A stretch of DNA of 64,000 nt from Clostridia bacterium (GTDB lineage Bacteria > Bacillota > Clostridia > UBA1381 > UBA9506): contig JAFQBK010000015.1 in the NCBI GenBank assembly GCA_017399695.1, positions 22,852 to 86,851 on the forward strand, in the 5' to 3' direction. Under the pieces are notes generated by a model. It made no database searches. It was not told the origin of the DNA and saw only the letters and a list, made by a program, of their open reading frames with translations. The position numbers and the translations under genes are program-made. Of this stretch, positions 30,031 to 39,415 are shown piece after piece (the first letter of the stretch is position 1; each line of letters begins with the position of its first letter).

Positions 30031-30897
30031 TTACTTTTTTATCATTTTCATAATGCGGTCAAAATCATCATTGGAATAATACTCAATTTCGATTTTTCCC
30101 TTATTTTTATTTTTATGATGAATTTTTACTTTCGTTCCAAACACGGAAGACAATTTTTCTTCTAAGGAAAGTAAATAACGCTCCGTTTCCATTTCCTTTG
30201 CTGATTTTACCTTTTTCGGCTTCTCTTTTGTCATCGCAGAAACAATTGCCTCGACCTGACGGACGCTTAAATCCTCTAAAATCGCACGTTCTGCCAGTTT
30301 TTTCTGCATATTTTCATCCGAAAGCGCCAAAAGCGCACGCGCATGGCCCGAAGATAGTTCTTTGTCGGTTACCATCTTCTTCAATGCTTTTGGAAGATTC
30401 AAAAGACGCAGGCTATTGGCAACTGCCGGACGACTTCTGCCCACTTTTTGTGCTACCTCATCTTGCGTAAGATTAAATTTTTCCATCAATTCACTAAAAC
30501 CCTCTGCTTCTTCCATCGGATTCAAATCTTCACGCTGTAAGTTTTCAATCAGTGCGATTTCCATTGTTTCGCGCACGTCATATTCCTTTATAATAATCGG
30601 AATTTTCTTAAGACCTGCCATTTTCGATGCACGAAAACGTCGTTCTCCGGCAATAATCTGATAAAATCCAGTTTCCAGCTTTTTTACTACAATCGGCTGC
30701 AATACGCCGTATTCCTTGATGGATTCGGCAAGTGCTTCCAGTTTTTCTTCGTCAAATTTGCGTCGGGGCTGGTTTCTGTTCGGCTCAATTTCTGATATTT
30801 TGCACTCTAAAACAGCGCCGCCGTCCAATACGTTATCAATGACCTCATCTGTGTTAAACAGCGCTCCCAAGCCTTTTCCCAAGCCTTTTTTCGCCAT
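30031..30897 (-). CDS. parB: chromosome partitioning protein ParB/Spo0J
   Basis: MAKKGLGKGLGALF, the GERRFRA arginine patch and an HTH. The ATG shares one base with the parA stop (ATAATG). Confidence 0.9.
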   Translation of the reverse strand: MAKKGLGKGLGALFNTDEVIDNVLDGGAVLECKISEIEPNRNQPRRKFDEEKLEALAESIKEYGVLQPIVVKKLETGFYQIIAGERRFRASKMAGLKKIPIIIKEYDVRETMEIALIENLQREDLNPMEEAEGFSELMEKFNLTQDEVAQKVGRSRPAVANSLRLLNLPKALKKMVTDKELSSGHARALLALSDENMQKKLAERAILEDLSVRQVEAIVSAMTKEKPKKVKSAKEMETERYLLSLEEKLSSVFGTKVKIHHKNKNKGKIEIEYYSNDDFDRIMKMIKK

Positions 30898-31670
30898 TAT
30901 TTCCACCCCCTGTTGTTCTTTATCACTTCTTTTGCCAGTGAAATGTAGCTTTCTGCACCCTTGGAATGTCTGTCATACACAATAATCGGCTGACCAAAGC
31001 TCGGTGCTTCTGATAGGCGCACATTTCTTGGTATCACACTCTTAAACATCTTATCTGGGAAGAATTTTTTGACTTCCTCTGCCACCTGAATGGAAAGATT
31101 CGTTCTTGCGTCAAACATGGTCAGCAGGATTCCCTCAAACTGTATCTTTTCATTTAAGCTCTTCTTGATGTTTTTAATCGTTTTTGTAAGCTGCGAGAGC
31201 CCCTCTAATGCGTAATATTCGCACTGAATCGGCACGAGCACGGAATCTGCCGCAACAAAGGCATTTAAGGTGATTAGACCGAGTGACGGAGGACAATCAA
31301 TAATCATAAAATCATATTTATCACGAATGGAATCAATAGCACTCTGAAGCAGCTTTTCTCTGCCTGAAATGCCTACCATTTCGACCTCTGCACCGGCTAA
31401 ATTCACGCCGGACGGGCAGATATCAAGGTTTTTATAATCCGTAGGAATAATAGCATCCATTATTTTTTCTCCGCCGATTAAAACCTCGTAAATGGTGCTT
31501 TCCACTTCGCCTGAATCAATACCCAAACCGCTGGTGGTGTTTCCCTGCGGATCCATGTCAATCACTAAAACCTTTTTCTTTGCGTCCGAAAGACACGCAC
31601 TTAAATTAACGGTTGTCGTTGTTTTGCCGACACCGCCTTTTTGATTTGCAACTATAATAACTTTTCCCAT
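30897..31670 (-). CDS. parA: chromosome partitioning ATPase ParA/Soj
   Basis: Deviant Walker A in VANQKGGVGKTTT, about 257 aa, directly upstream of parB. Confidence 0.9.
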   Translation of the reverse strand: MGKVIIVANQKGGVGKTTTTVNLSACLSDAKKKVLVIDMDPQGNTTSGLGIDSGEVESTIYEVLIGGEKIMDAIIPTDYKNLDICPSGVNLAGAEVEMVGISGREKLLQSAIDSIRDKYDFMIIDCPPSLGLITLNAFVAADSVLVPIQCEYYALEGLSQLTKTIKNIKKSLNEKIQFEGILLTMFDARTNLSIQVAEEVKKFFPDKMFKSVIPRNVRLSEAPSFGQPIIVYDRHSKGAESYISLAKEVIKNNRGWK

Positions 31671-31772
31671 TCTCGTGCCCTTCTTCCGTCATTTTTTTAC
31701 AAAAACCATTCTTATATAATTTTATCACCTTTTCCTTATAATTTCAATGATTTCCGCACAAAAAAATAAAAA

Positions 31773-31788
31773 TGTTTCACGTGAAACA
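31773..31788. promoter_or_regulatory. parS centromere site
   Basis: Second perfect TGTTTCACGTGAAACA, 102 nt upstream of parA. Confidence 0.85.
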
Positions 31789-31798
31789 TTTAAAAAAC

Positions 31799-31827
31799 AA
31801 AAGAGCAAGGTTTTTCCTTGCTCTTTT
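31799..31827. terminator. GAGCAAGG-family intrinsic terminator (T4, solo), downstream of greA
   Basis: AAAAGAGCAAGG-ttttt-CCTTGCTCTTTT with no adjacent element copy. Confidence 0.7.
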
Positions 31828-31833
31828 GATAAA

Positions 31834-32310
31834 TTATCTGCTAATGGAAATAATTTTAATCTGAAATTCGCCATTTGGGGACTCAACACTGACCGTATCG
31901 CCTGCTTTTGCGCCGATTAAAGCTTTACCTACCGGGGATTCATCAGATAACTTATTTTGATTCGGATTTGCTTCCGTTGAGCCTACAATCATATATTCCA
32001 TTTCCTCATCAAAATCGATATCTAAAACTTTTACCTTACATCCCAAGGTAACCACATCGGTTGAAATATCATCATTATCAATGATTTTTGCGTTTTTCAG
32101 CATTTTTTCAAGCTTCAAGATACGCATTTCAACTTCTGCCTGCTCGTTTTTTGCTTCGTCATACTCCGCATTCTCGGATAAATCACCAAAACCGAGCGCA
32201 ACCTTTATTTTTTCGGAGATTTCTTTTCTCTTTTGCGTTTTTAAGTATTCCAGTTCTTCTTCCCGTACTTTTAACCCTTCATAGGTTAAAATAATTTCTT
32301 TTTCTGCCAA
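31834..32310 (-). CDS. greA: transcription elongation factor GreA
   Basis: 158 aa. N-terminal coiled coil with [13 protein letters not shown] and a C-terminal FKBP-like domain. Confidence 0.9.
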   Translation of the reverse strand: MAEKEIILTYEGLKVREEELEYLKTQKRKEISEKIKVALGFGDLSENAEYDEAKNEQAEVEMRILKLEKMLKNAKIIDNDDISTDVVTLGCKVKVLDIDFDEEMEYMIVGSTEANPNQNKLSDESPVGKALIGAKAGDTVSVESPNGEFQIKIISISR

Positions 32311-32441
32311 TCTAATTCACCTTTCTTGCATATTCCTTCCTTTATAATAGGAAGAAACTCGTTTATTCGTTAAAATTTCTAACTGATATAAAACGATATA
32401 ATAATACTAAGTCAGTATTATATTCTTCTTTTCATCGTTTG

Positions 32442-33338
32442 TCAATCATTTTTTACAAATTTTAATATTTTAATGTCGAATTTCTTGGTAAACTCGCTAA
32501 AATTTTTTTTGTTTTTTTCTTTTGCCCACACAGAAAACAAAAAAATTAGGCTTTCGGAATCAAAGATTAAACCGAGCTTTTTTATTAATCTTTCAAGAGT
32601 TCGGTTGCAATCAAAGTAAAAACGTTCAAAGTATTCCGGAGTTTTACATAAAAAAGGCGATATTTGTATTACATTTTCCCCTTCGTTTGCAAATTTCTCC
32701 TGTTTTTGCCTGTCTTCTGATAACGATATGAAAATTCCTTCTTCTTTTGTGTCGCTTCCTATTGTGTCCCCAAGTGTGAGAAGTATTCCGTAATTTTCAA
32801 AAAAATAATCCACTAAAGGAGTAAATACTTCTTTTTCATTGGAATAGAAATGAATTTTTCTTACAAACGGGATGATTTCCTTAATAAATTCTTCTGTATT
32901 TTTATCAGGCTCACACAAAAGAACTACCTGCATTTCCGAAAGTGTTTGGTGCTTCATTTTTGCCATTTTATTTAAAATTTCATAGACCGGAAAATAACTT
33001 ATGCAAGATTCTATTTTTTCCTTTACAAACCCTTGTTTTATGCGGGTTTTGACCGTGTCAGTGTAGAATCTGAAAAAGCTTTCATGTGCCCCTGTTTGTT
33101 GTTTATAATTTTCTATAACTTGCGCAAGATATTTACACTTTTTTTTACTCATTTTTTTACAAAATGGAGGAGAAAACAAATAAAAACCGCTGTCCTCCCA
33201 GGGTACAAATTCCATCATTTTGGAATACAGCTTGTGTTCCTTTTTAATTTTTGTAAAATAAAATAAAAACTCTTCCTTTTTTGAAAATATCTTATTGTCA
33301 CATACAATCAACCCACTTTTTTCGTTCATTTCCATCAC
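32442..33338 (-). CDS. hypothetical protein (lower G+C, no recognised domain)
   Basis: 298-aa Lys/Phe/Glu-rich ORF with no motif I can place. Uninterrupted and co-oriented with its neighbours. Confidence 0.4.
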   Translation of the reverse strand: MMEMNEKSGLIVCDNKIFSKKEEFLFYFTKIKKEHKLYSKMMEFVPWEDSGFYLFSPPFCKKMSKKKCKYLAQVIENYKQQTGAHESFFRFYTDTVKTRIKQGFVKEKIESCISYFPVYEILNKMAKMKHQTLSEMQVVLLCEPDKNTEEFIKEIIPFVRKIHFYSNEKEVFTPLVDYFFENYGILLTLGDTIGSDTKEEGIFISLSEDRQKQEKFANEGENVIQISPFLCKTPEYFERFYFDCNRTLERLIKKLGLIFDSESLIFLFSVWAKEKNKKNFSEFTKKFDIKILKFVKND

Positions 33339-33403
33339 CTATTTATATATGATACCGTATTGTATGTAAAAAAACGCAAAAAAAGAACTGAAAAATCAGT
33401 TCT

Positions 33404-34009
33404 TTAATCGTTAAAAAATATGGAGTTGATTGTTTCTTCTAAAAATCCGGAAGCCAAAAAGGTATTTAGTACATCCAAAAGCATATTGGATGACATTTTT
33501 TCCGGAAGCCCCAACATGATAAGAAGCTCACTTCTTTTTTTCGCACTGTCTGTTCCGCCGGAAAAGCCTTTTTTATAAAAATCAATTTTTGTTAAAACAC
33601 GTTTTGGCAAAATGCTTTCTTTTTCTTCTCCCAAAACGGTTGCCCCGCAATGCTTTAGTGCTTCTTTTAGAACAGTTTCTTCCATTCCCTCAACGCCCAG
33701 CTTACCTTCCTTTGAAGGTTTGTCCTTTCGGGATTCTTTCCCATAAATATCGGGAATAAATGCATGCTTGACAGGGTAGCCTTCCAATGAATTTTTAATA
33801 AAATTCCGAATCCGAAAGCCTGCGCTGTCAGAGTCCGTTAAAACTATCAGCCCGCTGGACGCACTGATTTGCTTTAACAAATCAATCATTTTTTTATCTT
33901 TATAGATGGAAAACCCATCAGAGCATATAATTGAGGTATCAACGATTTGGGAAAGCTTAATTTTATCGTATTTTCCTTCCACCAAAATTGCTTCTTTTAT
34001 TTTCATCAT
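33404..34009 (-). CDS. rnmV: Toprim-domain ribonuclease M5-like protein
   Basis: KIKEAILVEGKYDKIKL...LTDSDSAGFRIR Toprim motifs as in RNase M5. The ATG shares one base with the dnaN stop. Confidence 0.7.
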   Translation of the reverse strand: MMKIKEAILVEGKYDKIKLSQIVDTSIICSDGFSIYKDKKMIDLLKQISASSGLIVLTDSDSAGFRIRNFIKNSLEGYPVKHAFIPDIYGKESRKDKPSKEGKLGVEGMEETVLKEALKHCGATVLGEEKESILPKRVLTKIDFYKKGFSGGTDSAKKRSELLIMLGLPEKMSSNMLLDVLNTFLASGFLEETINSIFFND

Positions 34010-35112
34010 CAGCGCATTCTGACCGGAAGCACGATAAACAGAAAATCATCGCCCTCTGCCGGCATAATCATCGTCGGATTGACCGGAGTAGAGAAGCTGA
34101 ATTTAATTTCTTCACAATCGCAGTTTTTAAATGCATCCATCAGATAACGGGGATTAAACGCGATTTCAATCGGTTCGCCCTCCATATCAACGCTGAATTT
34201 ATCCTTCACCTTACCAACAACTGTTTCACAGTTAATAAGAACATTATCATCTTCAATTTTAAGTACAACGTGCGCTTTGGTGGTTTCATTGACAATCAAA
34301 GCCGCACGATCAATAGAATCCAAAATTTTCTTGGTTTTTGTCGTGATGGTCAGCGTATTTTTATGACGGCAGACAGAACGATAGTCCAAATATTCTCCGT
34401 CAATCAAGCGGGTAATCATGATACAGCTTTTTAAGTTAATCTGTGCATTTTTCGGAGTTAATAAAACTTCGATTTCTTCATCCGTATCGCCTAAAACAGA
34501 CAAAAGCTCTTTTGCTGTTTTCCCCGGCATAATGAATTTCATAACGCCGCGGTCAGCGATTTCTTCTTTTCGGATAGCAAGGCGGTAACCATCGCAGCCA
34601 ACCATATGAAATTCGTCATTTTCAATATCAAAATAAAGACCGGAAAGCTGCGGCTTAATATCCGTCTGTGCCAAAGCATAGATGGTTTTTCTGATCATAT
34701 CTTTTAAAACGGATTCTTTGATAACAAAAGAACTGTCATGCTCAACGACCGGCAGACGCGGAAATTCATCCGCTTTTGCGGTGGAGAAGTCAAATTTTGC
34801 ATTTCCGCAGGAAAGAGTGATGACTTCGTTTTCACTGACTTCGATTAAAACATCATCTTCAAAATCAGGCAATTTTTTCACTGCAGTAGAAAAGAGGTTT
34901 GCTTTTACCACAACCGCACCTGCTTTTTGAACCTCAGCATCAATGGAAATATCAATTCCAAGCTCTAAATTATTACTCAAAAACTGAAGCTTTCCCTCTT
35001 TTGCTTCGATATAAATTCCCTCTAAAATACTTAAAGTCGATTTTACGGCAACTGCACGCTCAGAAATGGAAATTGCATAGACCAAATCCCGTCTTTTACA
35101 TTTAACAATCAT
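34009..35112 (-). CDS. dnaN: DNA polymerase III beta subunit (sliding clamp)
   Basis: 367 aa with a three-domain clamp pattern: MIVKCKRRDL...LEGIYIEA..., NPRYLMDA near the C-terminus and a ...LPVRM tail. Confidence 0.9.
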   Translation of the reverse strand: MIVKCKRRDLVYAISISERAVAVKSTLSILEGIYIEAKEGKLQFLSNNLELGIDISIDAEVQKAGAVVVKANLFSTAVKKLPDFEDDVLIEVSENEVITLSCGNAKFDFSTAKADEFPRLPVVEHDSSFVIKESVLKDMIRKTIYALAQTDIKPQLSGLYFDIENDEFHMVGCDGYRLAIRKEEIADRGVMKFIMPGKTAKELLSVLGDTDEEIEVLLTPKNAQINLKSCIMITRLIDGEYLDYRSVCRHKNTLTITTKTKKILDSIDRAALIVNETTKAHVVLKIEDDNVLINCETVVGKVKDKFSVDMEGEPIEIAFNPRYLMDAFKNCDCEEIKFSFSTPVNPTMIMPAEGDDFLFIVLPVRMR

Positions 35113-35143
35113 GGTAAACCTCCGTTTGTTACTGCTTATTTCA

Positions 35144-35580
35144 ATAAAAAAAATAATATATATTCATTGTACCATAAATAAACAAAAAATTCAATTTTTT
35201 TTGCAAAAAAACAAGCTTTTTTAAATATATAATAATAAAAATATAGTAGTAATAGTAGTAGTATTTGTGGAAAGTGTGGATAAGTGTTTTTTATGTAGAA
35301 AATGAAAGGAAAAAAGGGTGTTAACAAGCTGTCAGTAAGTGTGTGGATAAAAAAAGTAATTAACAGACAAAAAATACCATTTTACAGGAAATGGAAAATA
35401 AAAAATCTATAAACAGCTCGTTCACAGGGAATGAAAGAGTTGATAACAAAATGCTGTGGAAAACCATCATAGATGCGATAAAAACGGGAAAAAAACGAAA
35501 AAAGAAAAGTCATTTAAAAACAGAAAAACGCATAAAACCGCGAAAAAATTATCAACAAGTTATCCACAGGCTGTGAATAA
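35144..35580. other. candidate oriC: DnaA-box cluster plus AT-rich unwinding region
   Basis: Perfect TTATCCACA/TGTGGATAA boxes at 35275-35283, 35342-35350 and 35560-35568. One-mismatch boxes at 35455-35463, 35549-35557 and 35572-35580; a two-mismatch box at 35266-35274. AT-rich runs at 35144-35165 and 35221-35262. Gene orientation diverges here. Confidence 0.6.
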
Positions 35581-35719
35581 TGCGTAAAATCAACAAAAAC
35601 CGTCATTTTTCGGTTGACTTTTGGCACGAAAAAATATAAAATAAAATGGTATACATATAAGAAGAAACTCATTTTTTATTATTAGATAAAATAAAGCAAA
35701 ATCAGATGGGAGAAAAGCG

Positions 35720-37015
35720 ATGAATTACTTTCAGAAAGAAATCGAATGTATGCCTCGTGAGGAGATGAAAAAGCTCCAGAACGAAAAGCTTGTAAAAGCG
35801 ATAAATTATACTTATGAAAATTCCGCATTTTATAAAAAGCGTTTCGATGAAGCGGGCATCAAGCCGGGAGATATTAAATCAATCGAGGACCTTCGTAAAA
35901 TTCCGTTTACCACGAAGCAGGATTTTACCGATAACTATCCTTTTGGCTTATTTGCGCGCCCGATGAAGGATATCGTAAGAATCCATGCGTCTTCGGGAAC
36001 CACGGGAAAACCGAAGGTTGTCGGATATACAAAGCATGATATGGAAATTTGGTCTGATTTGATTGCGCGCTTAGTGGTAATGGCAGGCGGCAGCAATGAA
36101 GATATCGCGCAGGTAGCGTTCGGCTACGGCTTATTTACCGGCGGTTTTGGTCTGCATCAGGGTTTAGAGAAAGTCGGCGTAACCGTTGTTCCGATGTCCT
36201 CGGGCAATACGGAAAAGCAGATTATGCTGCTGCGTGATTTTGGTGCGACAATTTTGGTTGCAACACCGACTTATGCGCTGCATATTGCAGAAACGATAGA
36301 AGAAATGAATGTGCCGAAAGAGGAAATTAAACTGAAAATCGGTATGTTCGGCGGCGAAGGTCATACCGAAGAAATGCGCGCAGTGCTCGAAAAGAAGCTC
36401 GGTATTATTTCAACGGAAAACTACGGTCTTTCCGAGGTAATGGGTCCCGGTGTTGCCGGCGAATGTATCTATAAAAAAGGTCTTCATATCGCAGAGGATT
36501 GCTTTATTATTGAAATTATCAATCCGGAAACGGGCGAGCCGGTGCCGGACGGAGAGCTTGGCGAGGTCGTTATTACGACGCTTGAAAAAGAGGGTATCCC
36601 GATTCTGCGCTATCGTACCCACGATATTTCCTATATCATCTCCGAGCCGTGTGCGTGTGGCAGAACGAGCCGCCGCTTAGCTAAAATGCAGGGCAGAACA
36701 GATGATATGCTGATTATTAAGGGAGTCAATGTGTTCCCGTCGCAGGTAGAAAGCGTGCTTTTGGGAATTGACCATATCAGCCCGTATTATCAGCTGATTG
36801 TCAGCAAAAAAGGGTATACCGACCAGCTGGAAATCAAGGTAGAGCTTGCGGATGACAGCTTACTCGAAAGCTTTGGTCAGCTGGAGGCACTCGAAAAAGA
36901 AATTCAGCATAAATTGCACGTTGTTTTGGGGCTGGTTGCCAAAATCAGACTGGTTGCGCCGAAATCCATTGAGCGCACCACCGGAAAAGCAAAACACGTC
37001 ATTGATAACAGATAA
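35720..37015 (+). CDS. paaK: phenylacetate--CoA ligase (PaaK family), copy 1
   Basis: MP.EEM..LQ.EKL N-terminus, SSGTTGKPKVVGYT AMP-binding motif, about 431 aa. Confidence 0.85.
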   Translation: MNYFQKEIECMPREEMKKLQNEKLVKAINYTYENSAFYKKRFDEAGIKPGDIKSIEDLRKIPFTTKQDFTDNYPFGLFARPMKDIVRIHASSGTTGKPKVVGYTKHDMEIWSDLIARLVVMAGGSNEDIAQVAFGYGLFTGGFGLHQGLEKVGVTVVPMSSGNTEKQIMLLRDFGATILVATPTYALHIAETIEEMNVPKEEIKLKIGMFGGEGHTEEMRAVLEKKLGIISTENYGLSEVMGPGVAGECIYKKGLHIAEDCFIIEIINPETGEPVPDGELGEVVITTLEKEGIPILRYRTHDISYIISEPCACGRTSRRLAKMQGRTDDMLIIKGVNVFPSQVESVLLGIDHISPYYQLIVSKKGYTDQLEIKVELADDSLLESFGQLEALEKEIQHKLHVVLGLVAKIRLVAPKSIERTTGKAKHVIDNR

Positions 37016-37041
37016 ATTTAATTGGTAAAGGATGAAAAGTG

Positions 37042-38775
37042 ATGAAAAAATTGATGCTTGGAAATGAAGCAGTCGCACGCGGAGCTTTTGAAGCAGGCGT
37101 TACGGTTGCCTCATCTTATCCGGGAACTCCCAGTACGGAGATTACGGAATTTATCGCAAAATATGATGAAATTTACTCGGAGTGGGCGCCGAATGAAAAG
37201 GTTGCGGTAGAAACGGCAATCGGCGCATCCACCGCCGGCGGTCGTGCACTTTCTGCAATGAAGCACGTGGGCCTGAACGTGGCTGCAGACCCGCTCTTTA
37301 CGGTTTCCTATATCGGTACCAACGGCGGTCTCGTTTTAGTTGTTGCCGATGACCCGGGAATGCACAGCTCGCAGAATGAACAGGATTCCCGTCATTACGC
37401 GATTGGCGCGAAAGTGCCGATGCTCGAGCCTTCCGACTCGGCTGAATGTAAGGAATTTACGAAAAAAGCATTTGAAATTTCCGAAGAATTTGATACACCC
37501 GTGATTCTGCGCCTGACGACGCGTGTCGCTCATTCGCAGAGCTTGGTTGATTTAGAAGACAGACAAGAGGTCGGCGTGCGCGAGTATAAAAAAGACATTG
37601 CGAAAAACGTGATGATTCCGGCAAACGCAAGACCGAAGCACGTGATGGTAGAGGAGCGTACGAAAAAACTCGCTGCGTTTGGCGAAACCTCGGATTTAAA
37701 CCGCGTGGAAATGAGAGATACCAAAATCGGTATCATCGCTGCAGGTATTTCGTATCAGTATGCGCGCGAGGCGTGCCCGACAGCATCCATCCTAAAGCTC
37801 GGTATGATTCATCCGATGCCGGAACAGCGCATCCGCGATTTTGCATCCAAAGTGGATACGCTCTATGTGGTAGAACAGCTCGACCCCGTGATTGAAACCT
37901 ATGTAAGAGGCTTGGGAATTTCCGTGATTGGAAAAGAAAAATTTACACTGCTCGGCGAATATTCGGCGCAGATGCTCCGTGAAACCATTTTGGGCGAAAA
38001 AGCGAAAGAGACCAAAAAGGCAGAGGAAATCATTCCGGTTCGTCCGCCGGTGATGTGCCCTGGTTGCTCACACAGAGGTGTATTTTATGTGCTCAAAAAA
38101 CTCGGACTTACCGTAACGGGCGATATTGGCTGTTATTCGCTCGGTTGTGCCAAACCCTTAGAGGCGATTGATACGATTGTTTGTATGGGCGGTTCGATTA
38201 CGGCGGCACACGGTATGGAAAAGGCACGCGGCAAAGACTTTGCCAGAAAAACCGTTGCGGTTTTGGGTGATTCGACCTTTATCCATTCGGGTATTACGGG
38301 GCTCATTGATGTGGTTTATAACAAGGGTACGACCACAACCATTATTTTAGATAACTCCATTACGGGTATGACGGGACACCAGCAGAATCCGTCCACCGGC
38401 TTTACCATTAAAAATGAGCCGACCCGCAATGTTGATCTTGAAATGCTCTGCCACGCCGTCGGTGTAGACCGCGTCGTGATTGCAGACCCCTTTGATGTGG
38501 ACAATTTTGAAAAGGTGGTCAAAGAAGGAATCGCGGCAGAAGAGCCGTCCGTCATTATTGCGCAGCGTCCCTGTGCGCTCATTAAAAAAGCGGGCTATAC
38601 CGGACTTTATGTGATTAACGACAAGTGTAAGAACTGTAAGCTTTGTATGAAGCTGGGTTGTCCGGCGATTTCGCTGACAGAAAAAGGCCCGAAAATCGAC
38701 GAAACGCTTTGCGTTGGCTGCGGACTGTGCCCGAATGTATGTAAATTCGGTGCGATTGAGCGCGTAGAAAAGTAA
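37042..38775 (+). CDS. iorA: indolepyruvate:ferredoxin oxidoreductase alpha subunit
   Basis: MKKLMLGNEAVARGAFEAGV..., TPP-binding region and C-terminal 2x[4Fe-4S] (CKNCKLC...CVGCGLCPNVC). About 577 aa, followed by iorB. Confidence 0.9.
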   Translation: MKKLMLGNEAVARGAFEAGVTVASSYPGTPSTEITEFIAKYDEIYSEWAPNEKVAVETAIGASTAGGRALSAMKHVGLNVAADPLFTVSYIGTNGGLVLVVADDPGMHSSQNEQDSRHYAIGAKVPMLEPSDSAECKEFTKKAFEISEEFDTPVILRLTTRVAHSQSLVDLEDRQEVGVREYKKDIAKNVMIPANARPKHVMVEERTKKLAAFGETSDLNRVEMRDTKIGIIAAGISYQYAREACPTASILKLGMIHPMPEQRIRDFASKVDTLYVVEQLDPVIETYVRGLGISVIGKEKFTLLGEYSAQMLRETILGEKAKETKKAEEIIPVRPPVMCPGCSHRGVFYVLKKLGLTVTGDIGCYSLGCAKPLEAIDTIVCMGGSITAAHGMEKARGKDFARKTVAVLGDSTFIHSGITGLIDVVYNKGTTTTIILDNSITGMTGHQQNPSTGFTIKNEPTRNVDLEMLCHAVGVDRVVIADPFDVDNFEKVVKEGIAAEEPSVIIAQRPCALIKKAGYTGLYVINDKCKNCKLCMKLGCPAISLTEKGPKIDETLCVGCGLCPNVCKFGAIERVEK

Positions 38776-38808
38776 TAAGCAGAGCGAAAAGCGGAAAGGA
38801 TGAAGAAA

Positions 38809-39372
38809 ATGAATATTATGATTGTCGGTGTCGGCGGTCAGGGAACCCTGCTTGCCAGCCGTATTATCGGTGCCGCTGCGATTAATTTAGGCGGCGATGT
38901 CAAGCTTTCTGAGGTGCATGGAATGAGCCAGCGCGGCGGAAGCGTTGTTACCTATGTGCGCTACGGCGAAAGTGTGGCGTCTCCCATTATCGAAGAGGGT
39001 GAGGCTGATGTTATTTTAGCCTTTGAACAGCTTGAGGCATACCGCTACATCTCCTACTTAAAAGAGGGCGGCTCCTATATTGTAAATACACAGAAAACCG
39101 ACCCGATGCCTGTCATTACCGGTGCGATGGAGTACCCTGCGGACATCCTGGCGAAGATGGAGGGTATGGGAATCCGCGTAACCGCCTGCGACGCACTGTC
39201 CCTTGCCAAAGAGGCAGGAAATATTAAGGCGACGAACGTGGTGTTAATCGGCGTGATGGCAAAGCACACCAATATTTCCAAGGAAGAATGGGAAGAGGCG
39301 ATTCGCCAGACCGTTCCGGCTAAATTTTTAGAAGTAAACCTCGCCGCATTCCGTTTGGGCTACGAGGCATAA
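38809..39372 (+). CDS. iorB: indolepyruvate:ferredoxin oxidoreductase beta subunit
   Basis: MNIMIVGVGGQGTLLASR N-terminus typical of IorB / 2-oxoacid:Fd oxidoreductase gamma-like subunits. The ATG at 38809 has better RBS spacing than 38800. Confidence 0.8.
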   Translation: MNIMIVGVGGQGTLLASRIIGAAAINLGGDVKLSEVHGMSQRGGSVVTYVRYGESVASPIIEEGEADVILAFEQLEAYRYISYLKEGGSYIVNTQKTDPMPVITGAMEYPADILAKMEGMGIRVTACDALSLAKEAGNIKATNVVLIGVMAKHTNISKEEWEEAIRQTVPAKFLEVNLAAFRLGYEA

Positions 39373-39415
39373 TTTTGGCACAGGCGATGTGCAATTCATA
39401 AAAGAGGTGTTTTTA

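Noticed and set aside
35391-35576. 61-aa ORF inside the dnaN-paaK intergenic region.
   Set aside because: It is a Lys-rich translation of AT-rich DNA that contains the DnaA boxes. It has no RBS. The region is better explained as origin or regulatory DNA.
29860-35700. Possibility that the lower-GC parB-parA-greA-...-dnaN block is an integrated plasmid or phage replication-partition module.
   Set aside because: The flanking DUF4446 and serS genes, the canonical chromosomal parS sites, and the greA and RNase M5-like housekeeping genes fit a native chromosomal origin region. There are no integrase, rep or att-like features. The compositional dip is moderate except for the orphan ORF.
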